DNA from: Terriglobia bacterium | Lineage (GTDB): Bacteria > Acidobacteriota > Terriglobia > JAJPHL01 > JAPKYU01 | Reading direction: 5' to 3' | Assembly (NCBI GenBank): GCA_965206645.1 | Contig: CBDBKE010000003.1 | Location: 320,001 to 384,000 of the forward strand | Length of the DNA: 64,000 nt | Shown: positions 50,691 through 59,464 of the stretch, piece by piece | Layout: each line of letters begins with the position of its first letter | Numbering within the stretch: the first letter of the stretch is position 1 | Notes under the pieces: model-generated | Told to the model about the DNA's origin: nothing | The model's input: only the letters and a program-made list of their open reading frames with translations | Database searches by the model: none | Translations under genes and position numbers: made by a program

Positions 50691-51728
50691 ATGGTCGGAC
50701 CAATGACGAGTCGCCAGCGCGTGCTGGCCGCCCTGCGTCGTGAGCCGGTGGACCGCACGCCGGTCTGCAACCCCACCTCGGTAGCCACCGTGGAGCTCAT
50801 GGACCTGGTGAACGCGCCCTTCCCGGACGCCAACCGCAAGCCGGAACTGATGGCGCGGCTGGCCGCCACCGGACACACCGAGCTCGGCTTCGACACCATC
50901 ATGCCGGTCTTCAGTATCATTCAGGAGTCCTCGGCGCTGGGTTGCAAGATCCAGTGGGAGCAGAAGGACAACTGGCCGACGGTGAGAATGCGCGAGCCGA
51001 TCTTCCAGAAGCCGGAAGACATCCGGATTCCCCCGGACCTGCTGAAGCATCCCGACATGCAGTGCGTGATCCAGGCCATCAAGATTCTGCGCCGGGAGTT
51101 CGGCGACGAGGTGGCGATCGTTGGTAAGACGATGGGGCCCTGGTCGCTGGGCTACCACTGCTTCGGCGTGGAGCCGTTCCTGCTGCTGTCGCTGGATGAC
51201 CCGGGTGCCACCAAACAGTGCCTGGAGAAACTCAAGCAGGTCACCATTGACTTTGGCCTGGCCCAGATCGAAGCCGGCGCCGACGCCCTCACCCTGCCCG
51301 ACCACGCCACCGGCGACCTGGTCAGCGGCGAGTACTACCGGCGCTACCTGCGCGACATGCACATCGAGTTTGTCGAGCGGATCCCGATCCCGCTGATTAT
51401 GCACATCTGTGGCCACACGGTGGACCGGATGGAGTACATCGCCCAAACCGGATTCGCGGCGTTTCACTACGACTCCAAGAACCAGCCGGCCGAGTCGATG
51501 GCGATCATGAAGAACCGCATCTCGCTGGTGGGAAATATCAACAATCCGGAGACCCTGTATTCGAGGGGCCCTGAGCAAGTCCGGCAAGAGGTTTGGAAGA
51601 ACCTGGACGCGGGCGTGCAGTTGGTGGGCCCGGAGTGCGCCATCCCGCTGCAGACTACGGTCGAGAACCTCAAGGAGATTCCCGGGGCCGTGCGCGAGTG
51701 GCACCGGCAGCACGCCTCGGCCAACTAG
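50691..51728 (+). CDS. MtaA/CmuA-family (URO-D fold) corrinoid-dependent methyltransferase
   Basis: MTSRQRVLAAL, GPWSLG, QIEAGAD, Zn motif H-I-C-x75-C (MHICG...GPEC), GNINNP; AAGGAG RBS. Confidence 0.9.
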   Translation: MVGPMTSRQRVLAALRREPVDRTPVCNPTSVATVELMDLVNAPFPDANRKPELMARLAATGHTELGFDTIMPVFSIIQESSALGCKIQWEQKDNWPTVRMREPIFQKPEDIRIPPDLLKHPDMQCVIQAIKILRREFGDEVAIVGKTMGPWSLGYHCFGVEPFLLLSLDDPGATKQCLEKLKQVTIDFGLAQIEAGADALTLPDHATGDLVSGEYYRRYLRDMHIEFVERIPIPLIMHICGHTVDRMEYIAQTGFAAFHYDSKNQPAESMAIMKNRISLVGNINNPETLYSRGPEQVRQEVWKNLDAGVQLVGPECAIPLQTTVENLKEIPGAVREWHRQHASAN

Positions 51729-51749
51729 GAACAGGCTTAGGAACACACT

Positions 51750-52499
51750 ATGGCGGAACTCAGCGACATTTCCAACGACTTCATCCGGCAGGAGATCGAA
51801 GAGTACATCGAGCGGCCGGAGGAGCGGAAGCGCATGATTGACACCTTCGCGAAGGTCAAGCCGAAAATGCAGACCATTGCGGCGGCGCTGATTGACGGCG
51901 ACAACGGCACGGTAGATCAACTGACCAAAGAGGCGCTGGAGGAGGGGACCGTGGCGCTGGAGGTGATGGACGACGGCTTGATTGCCGGCATGGGAATTGT
52001 CGGCATCAAGTTCCGGGAGAACTTCATCTTCGTGCCGGAAGTTCTGGCCTGCGCGCGGGCAATGAAGGCGGGCATGGCCTACATTGAGCCCATCCTGTCG
52101 GCCTCCGGCGTTAAGCCCATTGCCAAGGTCGTCATGGGCACCGTCAAAGGGGACCTGCACGACATCGGCAAGAACCTGTGCATCATGATGTTGCGAGGCA
52201 CCGGCTTTGTGGTGATTGACCTGGGAGTGGACACCTCGGCGGACCGGTTCATTGAGGCCGTCGAGGAGCACGAGGCCCCCCTGATGGGGATGTCCGCCCT
52301 GCTGACCACCACCATGCCCAACATGGGCAAGACGATCGAAGCCTTCATTGACGCCGACCTGCGAGACAACGTGAAAATCATGGTCGGGGGCGCGCCTGTC
52401 ACGCAGGACTTTGCCGACGACATGGGAGCCGACGGTTACGGCAAGGACGCAATGGCGTGTGTCGCGCTGGCCAAGCGGCTGATGGGGGTGGCGGTCTAG
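51750..52499 (+). CDS. Corrinoid-binding methyl carrier protein
   Basis: Cap domain (GLIAGM-IVG-KF...FVPEVL), GTVKGDLHDIGKNL (DxHxxG), MSALLTTTM, MVGGAPVT. Confidence 0.96.
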   Translation: MAELSDISNDFIRQEIEEYIERPEERKRMIDTFAKVKPKMQTIAAALIDGDNGTVDQLTKEALEEGTVALEVMDDGLIAGMGIVGIKFRENFIFVPEVLACARAMKAGMAYIEPILSASGVKPIAKVVMGTVKGDLHDIGKNLCIMMLRGTGFVVIDLGVDTSADRFIEAVEEHEAPLMGMSALLTTTMPNMGKTIEAFIDADLRDNVKIMVGGAPVTQDFADDMGADGYGKDAMACVALAKRLMGVAV

Positions 52500-52515
52500 G
52501 CCTTGACGGGACGCC

Positions 52516-52758
52516 ATGCAAAAAATCGACCAACACGAGTACCGAAAACGCCTGGACCGGCTCACCGAAATCCTGACGGGGATCTCGGCGCGCGCCGACG
52601 AGCTGTCTCTCCGGCGTTGCCCTTACAAGAATCGCCTGGACCAATGCACGGCGCAGTTTGGCTGCCGCAATAAGCGCAAGCCCAAGCAGGCTGGGGAGCT
52701 GCCCGTGTGCGCCAGCGACGACAAGCTGGATTACCGAAAGGCGTGGGAAACTGCCTGA
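52516..52758 (+). CDS. Small Cys-rich hypothetical protein (80 aa)
   Basis: Fills the gap between the corrinoid and RACo genes; RCPYKN...QCTAQFGCRN...VC. Confidence 0.75.
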   Translation: MQKIDQHEYRKRLDRLTEILTGISARADELSLRRCPYKNRLDQCTAQFGCRNKRKPKQAGELPVCASDDKLDYRKAWETA

Positions 52759-52781
52759 CCCCGGGAACCTCCTGAACAAAG

Positions 52782-54413
52782 ATGGCCCACATCTGCTACG
52801 ACAGCAGCCGCTGCAGCCTGGAGCGCGGTCGAACCGTCTTCGACTATGCCGACGAGCTCGCCATCCAGGTGCCCACCTCGTGCGGCCGTAGCGGTGTCTG
52901 TCACGAATGCATCGTGGAAATCAAGCGCGGCCTGGAAGCCCTGAGTCCGCGCAGCGAGGCGGAAGACTTCCTGCGGGAGAACTTCCGGCTGGCCTGCCAG
53001 GCGACAATCCAAAATCTCGACATTGACGTCGAGTTCGCACTGCTCCGCCGGCGTCCGAAAATCCTGACCCGTTCCGCGCCCACCGCGGTTGAACTGGATC
53101 CGCTGGTCACTCGCGCCGGAGATAAAGTCCTCTACGACGGCGCGGTGATCGACGACTACCGTGGCCACCTCTACGGCTTGGCCATCGACCTGGGCACCAC
53201 CACCATCGTCATCGAGCTGGCGGATCTGGAGACCGGCGAGGTGGTTTGCCTGGTTTCGCTCGAGAACCCGCAGCGCTTCGGCGGCAGCGACATCATGCAC
53301 CGCATCTCCTACGATTCGGGCCAGTACCAGGGCGAGTTACACAAAAGCGTGATCCGGGAGGTCAATTACGAGCTGAAGGAGATGTACCGGGCGCTGGGGA
53401 TTAGCCGCCACCAGATTTATGAGACGGTGCTGGTGGGCAACTCCACCATGCGCGACCTGTTTTTCAACCTGGACGTGCAGTCGATCGGCCAGCGGCCCTA
53501 CAAGTCCCTGGTCGAGCAGGAATACCTGGCCGGGAAGCGGCAGACGACCGCGCTGATCGAGCTGGCCCATCGCCTGGGCCTGCTGACACATCCGAAGGCC
53601 CGCATCTTCGGGGCTCCCTTGGTGGCCAGCCACGTAGGCGCCGACGTGGTTGCCGACCTGGTAGCGATCGATATCGCCTCGCAGCGCGACCCGGTGATGT
53701 TGGTGGACGTGGGCACCAATACGGAGGTGGTGGTGGGCCATGCCGGCCGACTGTTGGCCGCCTCCTGCCCCGCCGGTCCGGCCTTTGAGGGCGGCCTTAT
53801 CAAGTACGGGATGACCGCCGGCGACGGAGCTATCGAGGCACTCGAGCTGAATGGGAGCGCCTGGAAGTACCGCACCATCGGCGAGGTTCCACCCACGGGA
53901 ATCTGCGGCTCGGGCCTGATTGATTTGCTTGCCGAGCTGCGCCGCCACGAGCGGATGACACCCAAAGGTGTCTTTGCCGACAAGCAACGCGAGCTCCCTA
54001 TCGTGCCGGAACACGGCATCACTTTTTCCCGCCTGGACGCCAGCAATCTGGCCCAGGCCAAAGGCGCCAATTACTGCGGCCAGTTTATTGTGCTGCGCCA
54101 GTTCGGCGTGTGCCCGGCCGACATCAGCCGGCTCTACCTGGCCGGCGGCTTCGCCAACTACATCAACGTGCGGAATGCGATCGAGATCGGGTTCCTGGCG
54201 CCGGTACCTGAGGACCGCGTGGTCAAGGTAGGCAACTCCGCGGTCGCCGGAGCGCGCCAGATGCTGCTCTCACGCAGGAAACGCCGCGCCATCGAAGAAC
54301 TGGTTCAGCGCATCGAGCACATTGAGCTCGAAATGACCCCCGACTTTTTTGACGTCTTCGTCGAAGCCTGCCAATTTAAGCCCATGCCGGCGGCGTTCGG
54401 AGGCAAGACGTGA
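52782..54413 (+). CDS. ATP-dependent reductive activator of corrinoid proteins (RACo/DUF4445, ASKHA) with an N-terminal 2Fe-2S domain
   Basis: SCGRSGVCHEC...RLACQ, AIDLGTTT, NPQRFGGSDIMHRI, VGNSTM, DVGTNTE, AGPAFEG, GICGSG, LAGGF. Confidence 0.93.
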   Translation: MAHICYDSSRCSLERGRTVFDYADELAIQVPTSCGRSGVCHECIVEIKRGLEALSPRSEAEDFLRENFRLACQATIQNLDIDVEFALLRRRPKILTRSAPTAVELDPLVTRAGDKVLYDGAVIDDYRGHLYGLAIDLGTTTIVIELADLETGEVVCLVSLENPQRFGGSDIMHRISYDSGQYQGELHKSVIREVNYELKEMYRALGISRHQIYETVLVGNSTMRDLFFNLDVQSIGQRPYKSLVEQEYLAGKRQTTALIELAHRLGLLTHPKARIFGAPLVASHVGADVVADLVAIDIASQRDPVMLVDVGTNTEVVVGHAGRLLAASCPAGPAFEGGLIKYGMTAGDGAIEALELNGSAWKYRTIGEVPPTGICGSGLIDLLAELRRHERMTPKGVFADKQRELPIVPEHGITFSRLDASNLAQAKGANYCGQFIVLRQFGVCPADISRLYLAGGFANYINVRNAIEIGFLAPVPEDRVVKVGNSAVAGARQMLLSRRKRRAIEELVQRIEHIELEMTPDFFDVFVEACQFKPMPAAFGGKT

Positions 54414-55957
54414 ACGAATCGCCCGCACCCACGCGGCCATCTTCCGGAGCTTGGAGCAAGCGCACATTCCGGCACCTGCTGGAGGAAACCTCCAGTTTCG
54501 TCACCGTGGTCGAGCTGGTGACTTCCCGGGGGCTGATCACGGAGCGCAGCGGTCGCCGCATTCTGGAAATGGCGCGATTGCTGGCCGAGCATCCTCGCTT
54601 CCACGCCCTGAGCATCACGGACAACCCCGGCGGCCACGCTATGCTCAGCGCCGACACCCTGGGTACGGACCTGATCTCCCGCGGCCAGGAGGTCATCATC
54701 CACCTCTCCTGCAAGGACTGGAACCGCAACGCCCTGGAGAGCCGCGGCTGGAAGCTGTCCAGCGAAGGTTTTCACAACGTGCTGGCACTCTCGGGCGACT
54801 ACCCGGTGACCGGACACCAGGGTCAGGCCGCCCCGGTCTTTGACCTTGATTCGGTCAGCCTGCTGGAAATGTTCTCCCAGATGGAGGGGACCAAATTTTT
54901 CCTCGGCTCGGTGGTGAACAATTACAAGCGGTATGAGGGCGAGGTGATGCCGCAGTACTTCAAGCTGGCCAAGAAGATCGAGTCTGGCGCCCGCTTCATC
55001 ATCAACCAGATCGGCTACGACGCGCGCAAGCAGGATGAGCTACTGCGCTACATGGCGCTGAAGGGACTCCAAGTGCCCGTGCTGTGCAATGTATACGTCC
55101 TCAGCGCCTCCGCCTCACGCTTCTTCCACGCTGGCCGGATTCCCGGCGCCGTGGTCACCGACGACCTGCTGGCACTGGCCGAGGAGCGGGGAGCCTCGCC
55201 CGACAAGGGCAAGGCATTCTTCCTGGAGTTCGCCGCCAAGCAGTGCGCCATTGCCCGGGGACTCGGCTATCGGGGGGTCTACCTGGGGGGGCATATGCGG
55301 TTCGAAGACTACGAGCGGATCCTCCAGATCTGGGACAGCTTCGGCGACAATGACTGGAAGGAGTTTGCCCGCCAGATTCGTTTCGCTCAGCCTGAGGAGT
55401 TCTACTACTTTGAGCCCGATCCAGAGACGGGCCTCAGTTCCTCGGAGGTCAACCGCGAGTACTTACGCTCGAAAGCCTCGCCGGCCGGCGCGCCGCTCTC
55501 CTACCGGCTCAACCGCCTGGTGCACGGGAAGGTATTCGAGAAGGACAGTTCGGGGTTCCGGGCAGGAAAGGCGCTCTACCAGTCGGTGGAGGGGTCGCCG
55601 CGGATCCGGAAGACGCTACACGCGGCTGAGCACGCGTTCAAAATCCTCGCCTTCGACTGTCAGGACTGCGGCGACTGCTCGCTCCCGGACATTGCCTACC
55701 TCTGTCCCGAGTCGCAATGCGTGAAGAACCAGCGCAACGGTCCCTGCGGAGGAACACGGCAGGGCCTGTGCGAAGTTGGAGAGAAGGAGTGCATCTGGAG
55801 CCGCGCCTACCAGCGCCTGAAGGCCTATGGCGAGGAGGAGCAGATGCTCGACCGGCCGGTGGTCTTCCGCAATGGGGCGCTGCGAGGCACCAGCGCCTGG
55901 GCCAATGCCTTCCTCGAGCGGGATCATAACGCCAGCAAGAAGCCGAAGGAGCAATGA
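54410..55957 (+). CDS. metF: Methylenetetrahydrofolate reductase fused to a C-terminal MetV-like Cys-rich domain
   Basis: ITDNPGG, HLSCKDWNR, NVLALSGD, KKIESGARF; C-terminal CQDCGDC...CPESQCVKNQRNGPCGG...CEV...CIW. Confidence 0.9.
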   Translation: MNESPAPTRPSSGAWSKRTFRHLLEETSSFVTVVELVTSRGLITERSGRRILEMARLLAEHPRFHALSITDNPGGHAMLSADTLGTDLISRGQEVIIHLSCKDWNRNALESRGWKLSSEGFHNVLALSGDYPVTGHQGQAAPVFDLDSVSLLEMFSQMEGTKFFLGSVVNNYKRYEGEVMPQYFKLAKKIESGARFIINQIGYDARKQDELLRYMALKGLQVPVLCNVYVLSASASRFFHAGRIPGAVVTDDLLALAEERGASPDKGKAFFLEFAAKQCAIARGLGYRGVYLGGHMRFEDYERILQIWDSFGDNDWKEFARQIRFAQPEEFYYFEPDPETGLSSSEVNREYLRSKASPAGAPLSYRLNRLVHGKVFEKDSSGFRAGKALYQSVEGSPRIRKTLHAAEHAFKILAFDCQDCGDCSLPDIAYLCPESQCVKNQRNGPCGGTRQGLCEVGEKECIWSRAYQRLKAYGEEEQMLDRPVVFRNGALRGTSAWANAFLERDHNASKKPKEQ

Positions 55958-57006
55958 AACCTCAAGGCTTGAACAAAGAGTTCGTTGTCATCGGGGAAAA
56001 CATCCACACGACCCGCGTCTTGCGCCGCGCTGGCAAGCTGGTCACCACCACTCCCAGCGGCGAGGAGGCGGTCCGCTACATCAGCGCGAGCGGAGAAACC
56101 CGCTACCTGATCATCCCGAAAGAGGTCAAGCGCCAGCAGGACTATGAAGAGGGACGCGTCAAGCACGTGGCCATCGCGGTGCGGGCGGCCATGTCGGGCG
56201 CCGAGCCCGCCGCCAGCGAAGGAATGCAGTACCTGCGCGCGCTGATGGCGCGGCAGCTCAAAGGCGGCGCCGACTTCCTGGACTTGAACGTGGACGAGGT
56301 CTCCCTCTACCCGGACAAACAGCTCGAAGCGATGCGCTGGCTGGTGCGCGCCATCGAACCGCTGGCGCCGGTGCCGCTCTCGATTGATTCCTCCAATCTG
56401 GACACCATTCGCGCCGGCATTCAGGCCTGCTCGGGGAGCACAGGCCGGCCCATGCTGAACTCCGCCTCGCTGGAACGGCTGGAGGCGTTGGACCTGGCCC
56501 GGGAGCGAAACCTGTCGGTGATCGTCACGGCCTCTGGCTCCAGCGGCATGCCCCAAAACACCGAGGAGCGAGTGGCCAACGCCTCCCAGGTGATCGATAC
56601 CGCCCTGGCTAAGAGCCTCCCCATCGAGGACCTTTATGTGGACGGCCTGGTCTTCCCCATCTCGGTGGACGGTCAGTTCGGAAACCATTACCTGGAGGCG
56701 ATCCGCCAGCTGCGTGAGAAGTACGGCGAGAAGATTCACCTGACGGGCGGCTTGAGCAACGTGTCGTTTGGGCTGCCCTGCCGCCGGCTGATCAACGAGG
56801 CGTTCATCAATCTCTCCGTGGAAGCCGGCGCCGACTGCGGCATCGTGGACCCGGTGGGTAACGACCTGAACCGGGTGTTCGCAGCCGACAAAAATTCCCA
56901 GCCCTATCAGCTGGCCCAGGACATGCTGCTGGGACACGATCGCAACTGCAAAAACTTCCTCCGCGCCTACCGCAAGGGGGAACTGGAGCCGGTCACGGCT
57001 AGGTAG
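55954..57006 (+). CDS. Pterin-binding methyltetrahydrofolate:corrinoid methyltransferase (AcsE/MetH folate-domain-like)
   Basis: VIGENIH, GADFLDLN, LSIDSS, MLNSAS, GGLSNVSFGLP. Confidence 0.9.
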   Translation: MKPQGLNKEFVVIGENIHTTRVLRRAGKLVTTTPSGEEAVRYISASGETRYLIIPKEVKRQQDYEEGRVKHVAIAVRAAMSGAEPAASEGMQYLRALMARQLKGGADFLDLNVDEVSLYPDKQLEAMRWLVRAIEPLAPVPLSIDSSNLDTIRAGIQACSGSTGRPMLNSASLERLEALDLARERNLSVIVTASGSSGMPQNTEERVANASQVIDTALAKSLPIEDLYVDGLVFPISVDGQFGNHYLEAIRQLREKYGEKIHLTGGLSNVSFGLPCRRLINEAFINLSVEAGADCGIVDPVGNDLNRVFAADKNSQPYQLAQDMLLGHDRNCKNFLRAYRKGELEPVTAR

Positions 57007-57014
57007 GGAAACAC

Positions 57015-57281
57015 ATGGCCAAATACCAGATCCTCTACTGGAAGCATATCCCGGCGCAGGTGAAGGTGTCCGCCGAGGGCCAGAGAACTCTGTCGCGGCC
57101 GATGCCCGACCGGTTCCAGGAAGAGATTGACAAGATCGCCATGAGGGAAGGCTTGGCCGGCACCGACGACTATCTGAATCAGTGGAACTGGACGCCGAAA
57201 CAGGAACGGCCGGGCACTCCAGAACAGGTGGCTGAGGCCCTGATTCAGGAACTGGAGCAGCAGGTGGAGTTCACTGAATGA
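57015..57281 (+). CDS. 'Virulence factor' family small protein (Virulence_fact-like)
   Basis: ILYWKHIPAQV...RFQEEIDKIAM-EGL-GTDDYL-QW. Confidence 0.8.
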   Translation: MAKYQILYWKHIPAQVKVSAEGQRTLSRPMPDRFQEEIDKIAMREGLAGTDDYLNQWNWTPKQERPGTPEQVAEALIQELEQQVEFTE

Positions 57282-57290
57282 TTAGGTCCG

Positions 57291-57351
57291 TTGTCATTCC
57301 AAGCGGAGCGAGGGATCTGCTTTACGACTGGTTTCGGTCGCGACGTGACAA
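57291..57351. repeat. REP-like element (copy 2) bounded by TTGTCA/TGACAA
   Basis: ttgtcattccaagcggagcgagggatctgc...gtgacaa. Confidence 0.5.
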
Positions 57352-57373
57352 AGGAAGCCTCCTTGGGCTTCCT
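57352..57373. terminator. Hairpin after the methyl-transfer operon
   Basis: aggaagcc-tccttg-ggcttcct; no T-tract. Confidence 0.4.
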
Positions 57374-57419
57374 CCGGAGTTGAAGAGCCATTTCGAATCT
57401 CGGATTTCGGATTGAAAAG

Positions 57420-58688
57420 TTGAGAAGGAGTTTCTTTCATTCGACGGTCCCCGCCGCGTCCCTTTTATTCTTCCTGGCCCTCAGTGTTCTGGCCTGCGGT
57501 CCAGCAAAGCCGAAATCCGAAACGCAAAATCCGAAATCTGAAGTGCGCAATCCACAATCGAAAGACTGGCTGAGTCAGGCGCGCCAAATTCACCGCCGCG
57601 CTATTGTCATTGACAGCCACGCCGACACGACGCAGAGGTTGCTAGAGGAGAACCTGGACCTGAGCCTCCGTGACCCGGAAGGCCACCTGGACCTGCCCCG
57701 GATGCGCGAGGGAGGCCTGGACGCCGTCTTCTTCTCCATCTATGTGCAGCCGAAGCACAAACCCCATTACCTGCGCCGCGCCCTGGAGCAGATTGACGCC
57801 GTGTTGGATCAGGTGGAGCGCCACTCGCGCGAGCTGGAACTGGCGCGCACGGCGGCCGACATCCGCCGCATCCATCGCGCCGGCAAGCTGGCCGCGCTGA
57901 TGGGAGTTGAAGGCGGACACGCCATCGAAGACAGGGCGGGCGTGCTCGACGTCTTCTATCGCCTGGGTGTGCGCTACATGACCCTGACCTGGTCCTTCTC
58001 CACCTCCTGGGCCGGCTCCTCCGGAGATGCCGGCCGCAAGCGCGGCTTGAACGAGAAGGGCCGCGCCATCGTTGCCCGCATGAACCAGCTGGGCATGATG
58101 GTGGATGTCTCCCACGTCTCCGACCAGACCTTCTATGACGCGCTCAAGGTGGCGCGCGCCCCGGTGATCGCGAGCCACAGCTCCTGCCGCGCCCTCGCCA
58201 ATGTGCCGCGCAACATGAACGACGCAATGATCCAGGTGCTGGCTGAGAACGACGGGGTGATCCAGATCAATTTTTACTCCGCGTTCTTAGACTCCGACTA
58301 CGCAGCAGCCTGGAGCAAGGTGAGCGCTGAGTTCCGGCGGGAGCGGCGCGAACTGGAGCAGCAGTGGCAGGGCGACCCGGCCCGGCTGGTCCGCGAGGAG
58401 CGCCGCCTGGAGCTGGCCTACGACGCCCGCCTCCCCCGGCCGGGCGTGGAACGAATCGCCGACCACATTGACCACGTGGTGAAGCTGGTGGGCGTGGACT
58501 CCGTGGGGCTTGGCTCGGACTTCGACGGTGCAACTATGCCGCGCGGCATGGCGGACGTCTCCCAGTTGCCGCGCCTCACCGCCGAACTGCTGCGGCGCGG
58601 CTACTCGGAGCCGGACCTGGTAAAAATTCTCGGGGGCAACCTACTGCGCGTCATGGAGCGCGTCGAACAGGTTGCATTGAAGCCGTGA
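57420..58688 (+). CDS. Membrane (renal) dipeptidase, M19 family, probable lipoprotein
   Basis: VLAC lipobox; [33 protein letters not shown]. Confidence 0.93.
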   Translation: MRRSFFHSTVPAASLLFFLALSVLACGPAKPKSETQNPKSEVRNPQSKDWLSQARQIHRRAIVIDSHADTTQRLLEENLDLSLRDPEGHLDLPRMREGGLDAVFFSIYVQPKHKPHYLRRALEQIDAVLDQVERHSRELELARTAADIRRIHRAGKLAALMGVEGGHAIEDRAGVLDVFYRLGVRYMTLTWSFSTSWAGSSGDAGRKRGLNEKGRAIVARMNQLGMMVDVSHVSDQTFYDALKVARAPVIASHSSCRALANVPRNMNDAMIQVLAENDGVIQINFYSAFLDSDYAAAWSKVSAEFRRERRELEQQWQGDPARLVREERRLELAYDARLPRPGVERIADHIDHVVKLVGVDSVGLGSDFDGATMPRGMADVSQLPRLTAELLRRGYSEPDLVKILGGNLLRVMERVEQVALKP

Positions 58689-58755
58689 TGAGTGGATGAT
58701 TGCAGATCGGTTGCACTGCCAATCGTCAATGATCAATTTCGGATTCGGAGGAACT

Positions 58756-59322
58756 ATGAAAAGAGGGCTGATCCTTGCAATCGCGTTGGGCTTGGCAACC
58801 AGCGCGCTGGCGCAGAAGAAGCGCTCCCCGGGTGTTTACGCCACCTTTCACACCTCGATGGGCCAGATCGTCTGCGAGCTTTATGAGAAGCAGACCCCGA
58901 AGACGGTGGCCAACTTCATCGGCCTGGCGACCGGCACCAAGGGGTGGACTCACCCGGTAACCAAGGCCAAGAAGAAGACGCCGCTCTACAGCGGAACCAT
59001 CTTTCATCGGGTCATCCCCAAATTCATGATCCAGGGCGGCGACCCCGCAGGCAACGGCACCGGTGGACCCGGCTACAAGTTTGCAGATGAGATTGTGCCG
59101 GTCTTGAAGTTCGAGCGCGCGGGCCGGCTGGCGATGGCCAACAGCGGGCCGGACACCAACGGAAGCCAGTTCTTCATCACCGAAATTCCCACCCCGCACC
59201 TGAACGGCAAGCACACCATCTTTGGCCAGGTGGTCAGTGGACAGAGCTTGGTGAAGAAAATTGCGCGGACGAAGAGCAGGGTAAAGCTGGCAAAGGTCAC
59301 CATCGAGCGCATCGACAAATAG
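58756..59322 (+). CDS. Cyclophilin-type peptidyl-prolyl isomerase, exported
   Basis: Signal peptide; [35 protein letters not shown]. Confidence 0.96.
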   Translation: MKRGLILAIALGLATSALAQKKRSPGVYATFHTSMGQIVCELYEKQTPKTVANFIGLATGTKGWTHPVTKAKKKTPLYSGTIFHRVIPKFMIQGGDPAGNGTGGPGYKFADEIVPVLKFERAGRLAMANSGPDTNGSQFFITEIPTPHLNGKHTIFGQVVSGQSLVKKIARTKSRVKLAKVTIERIDK

Positions 59323-59464
59323 CCAGGGGGCCCGGCCCAGCGGCGGAGGCTCCGAGCCGCGCGCGTCAGCAAGCGGTTCTGCAGGGCCGGGAATCACCGC
59401 TCCCTCATGGTCGCGGCTCGGATCGTGGTTGAAGCGATCGAGCCGCGAGTCTTCCGGCAGCCTG

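Noticed and set aside
50691-51728. Annotation as uroporphyrinogen decarboxylase HemE
   Set aside because: No RQAGR motif; it has the HxC...C Zn motif and a corrinoid context
50631-52565. Long antisense ORFs (644 aa here; also 19010-20605 and 21193-22866)
   Set aside because: Shadow frames of GC-rich genes that have clear homology on the other strand
55954-57006. Annotation as dihydropteroate synthase FolP
   Set aside because: The GENI, SIDS and GLSNVSFG motifs are those of pterin methyltransferases
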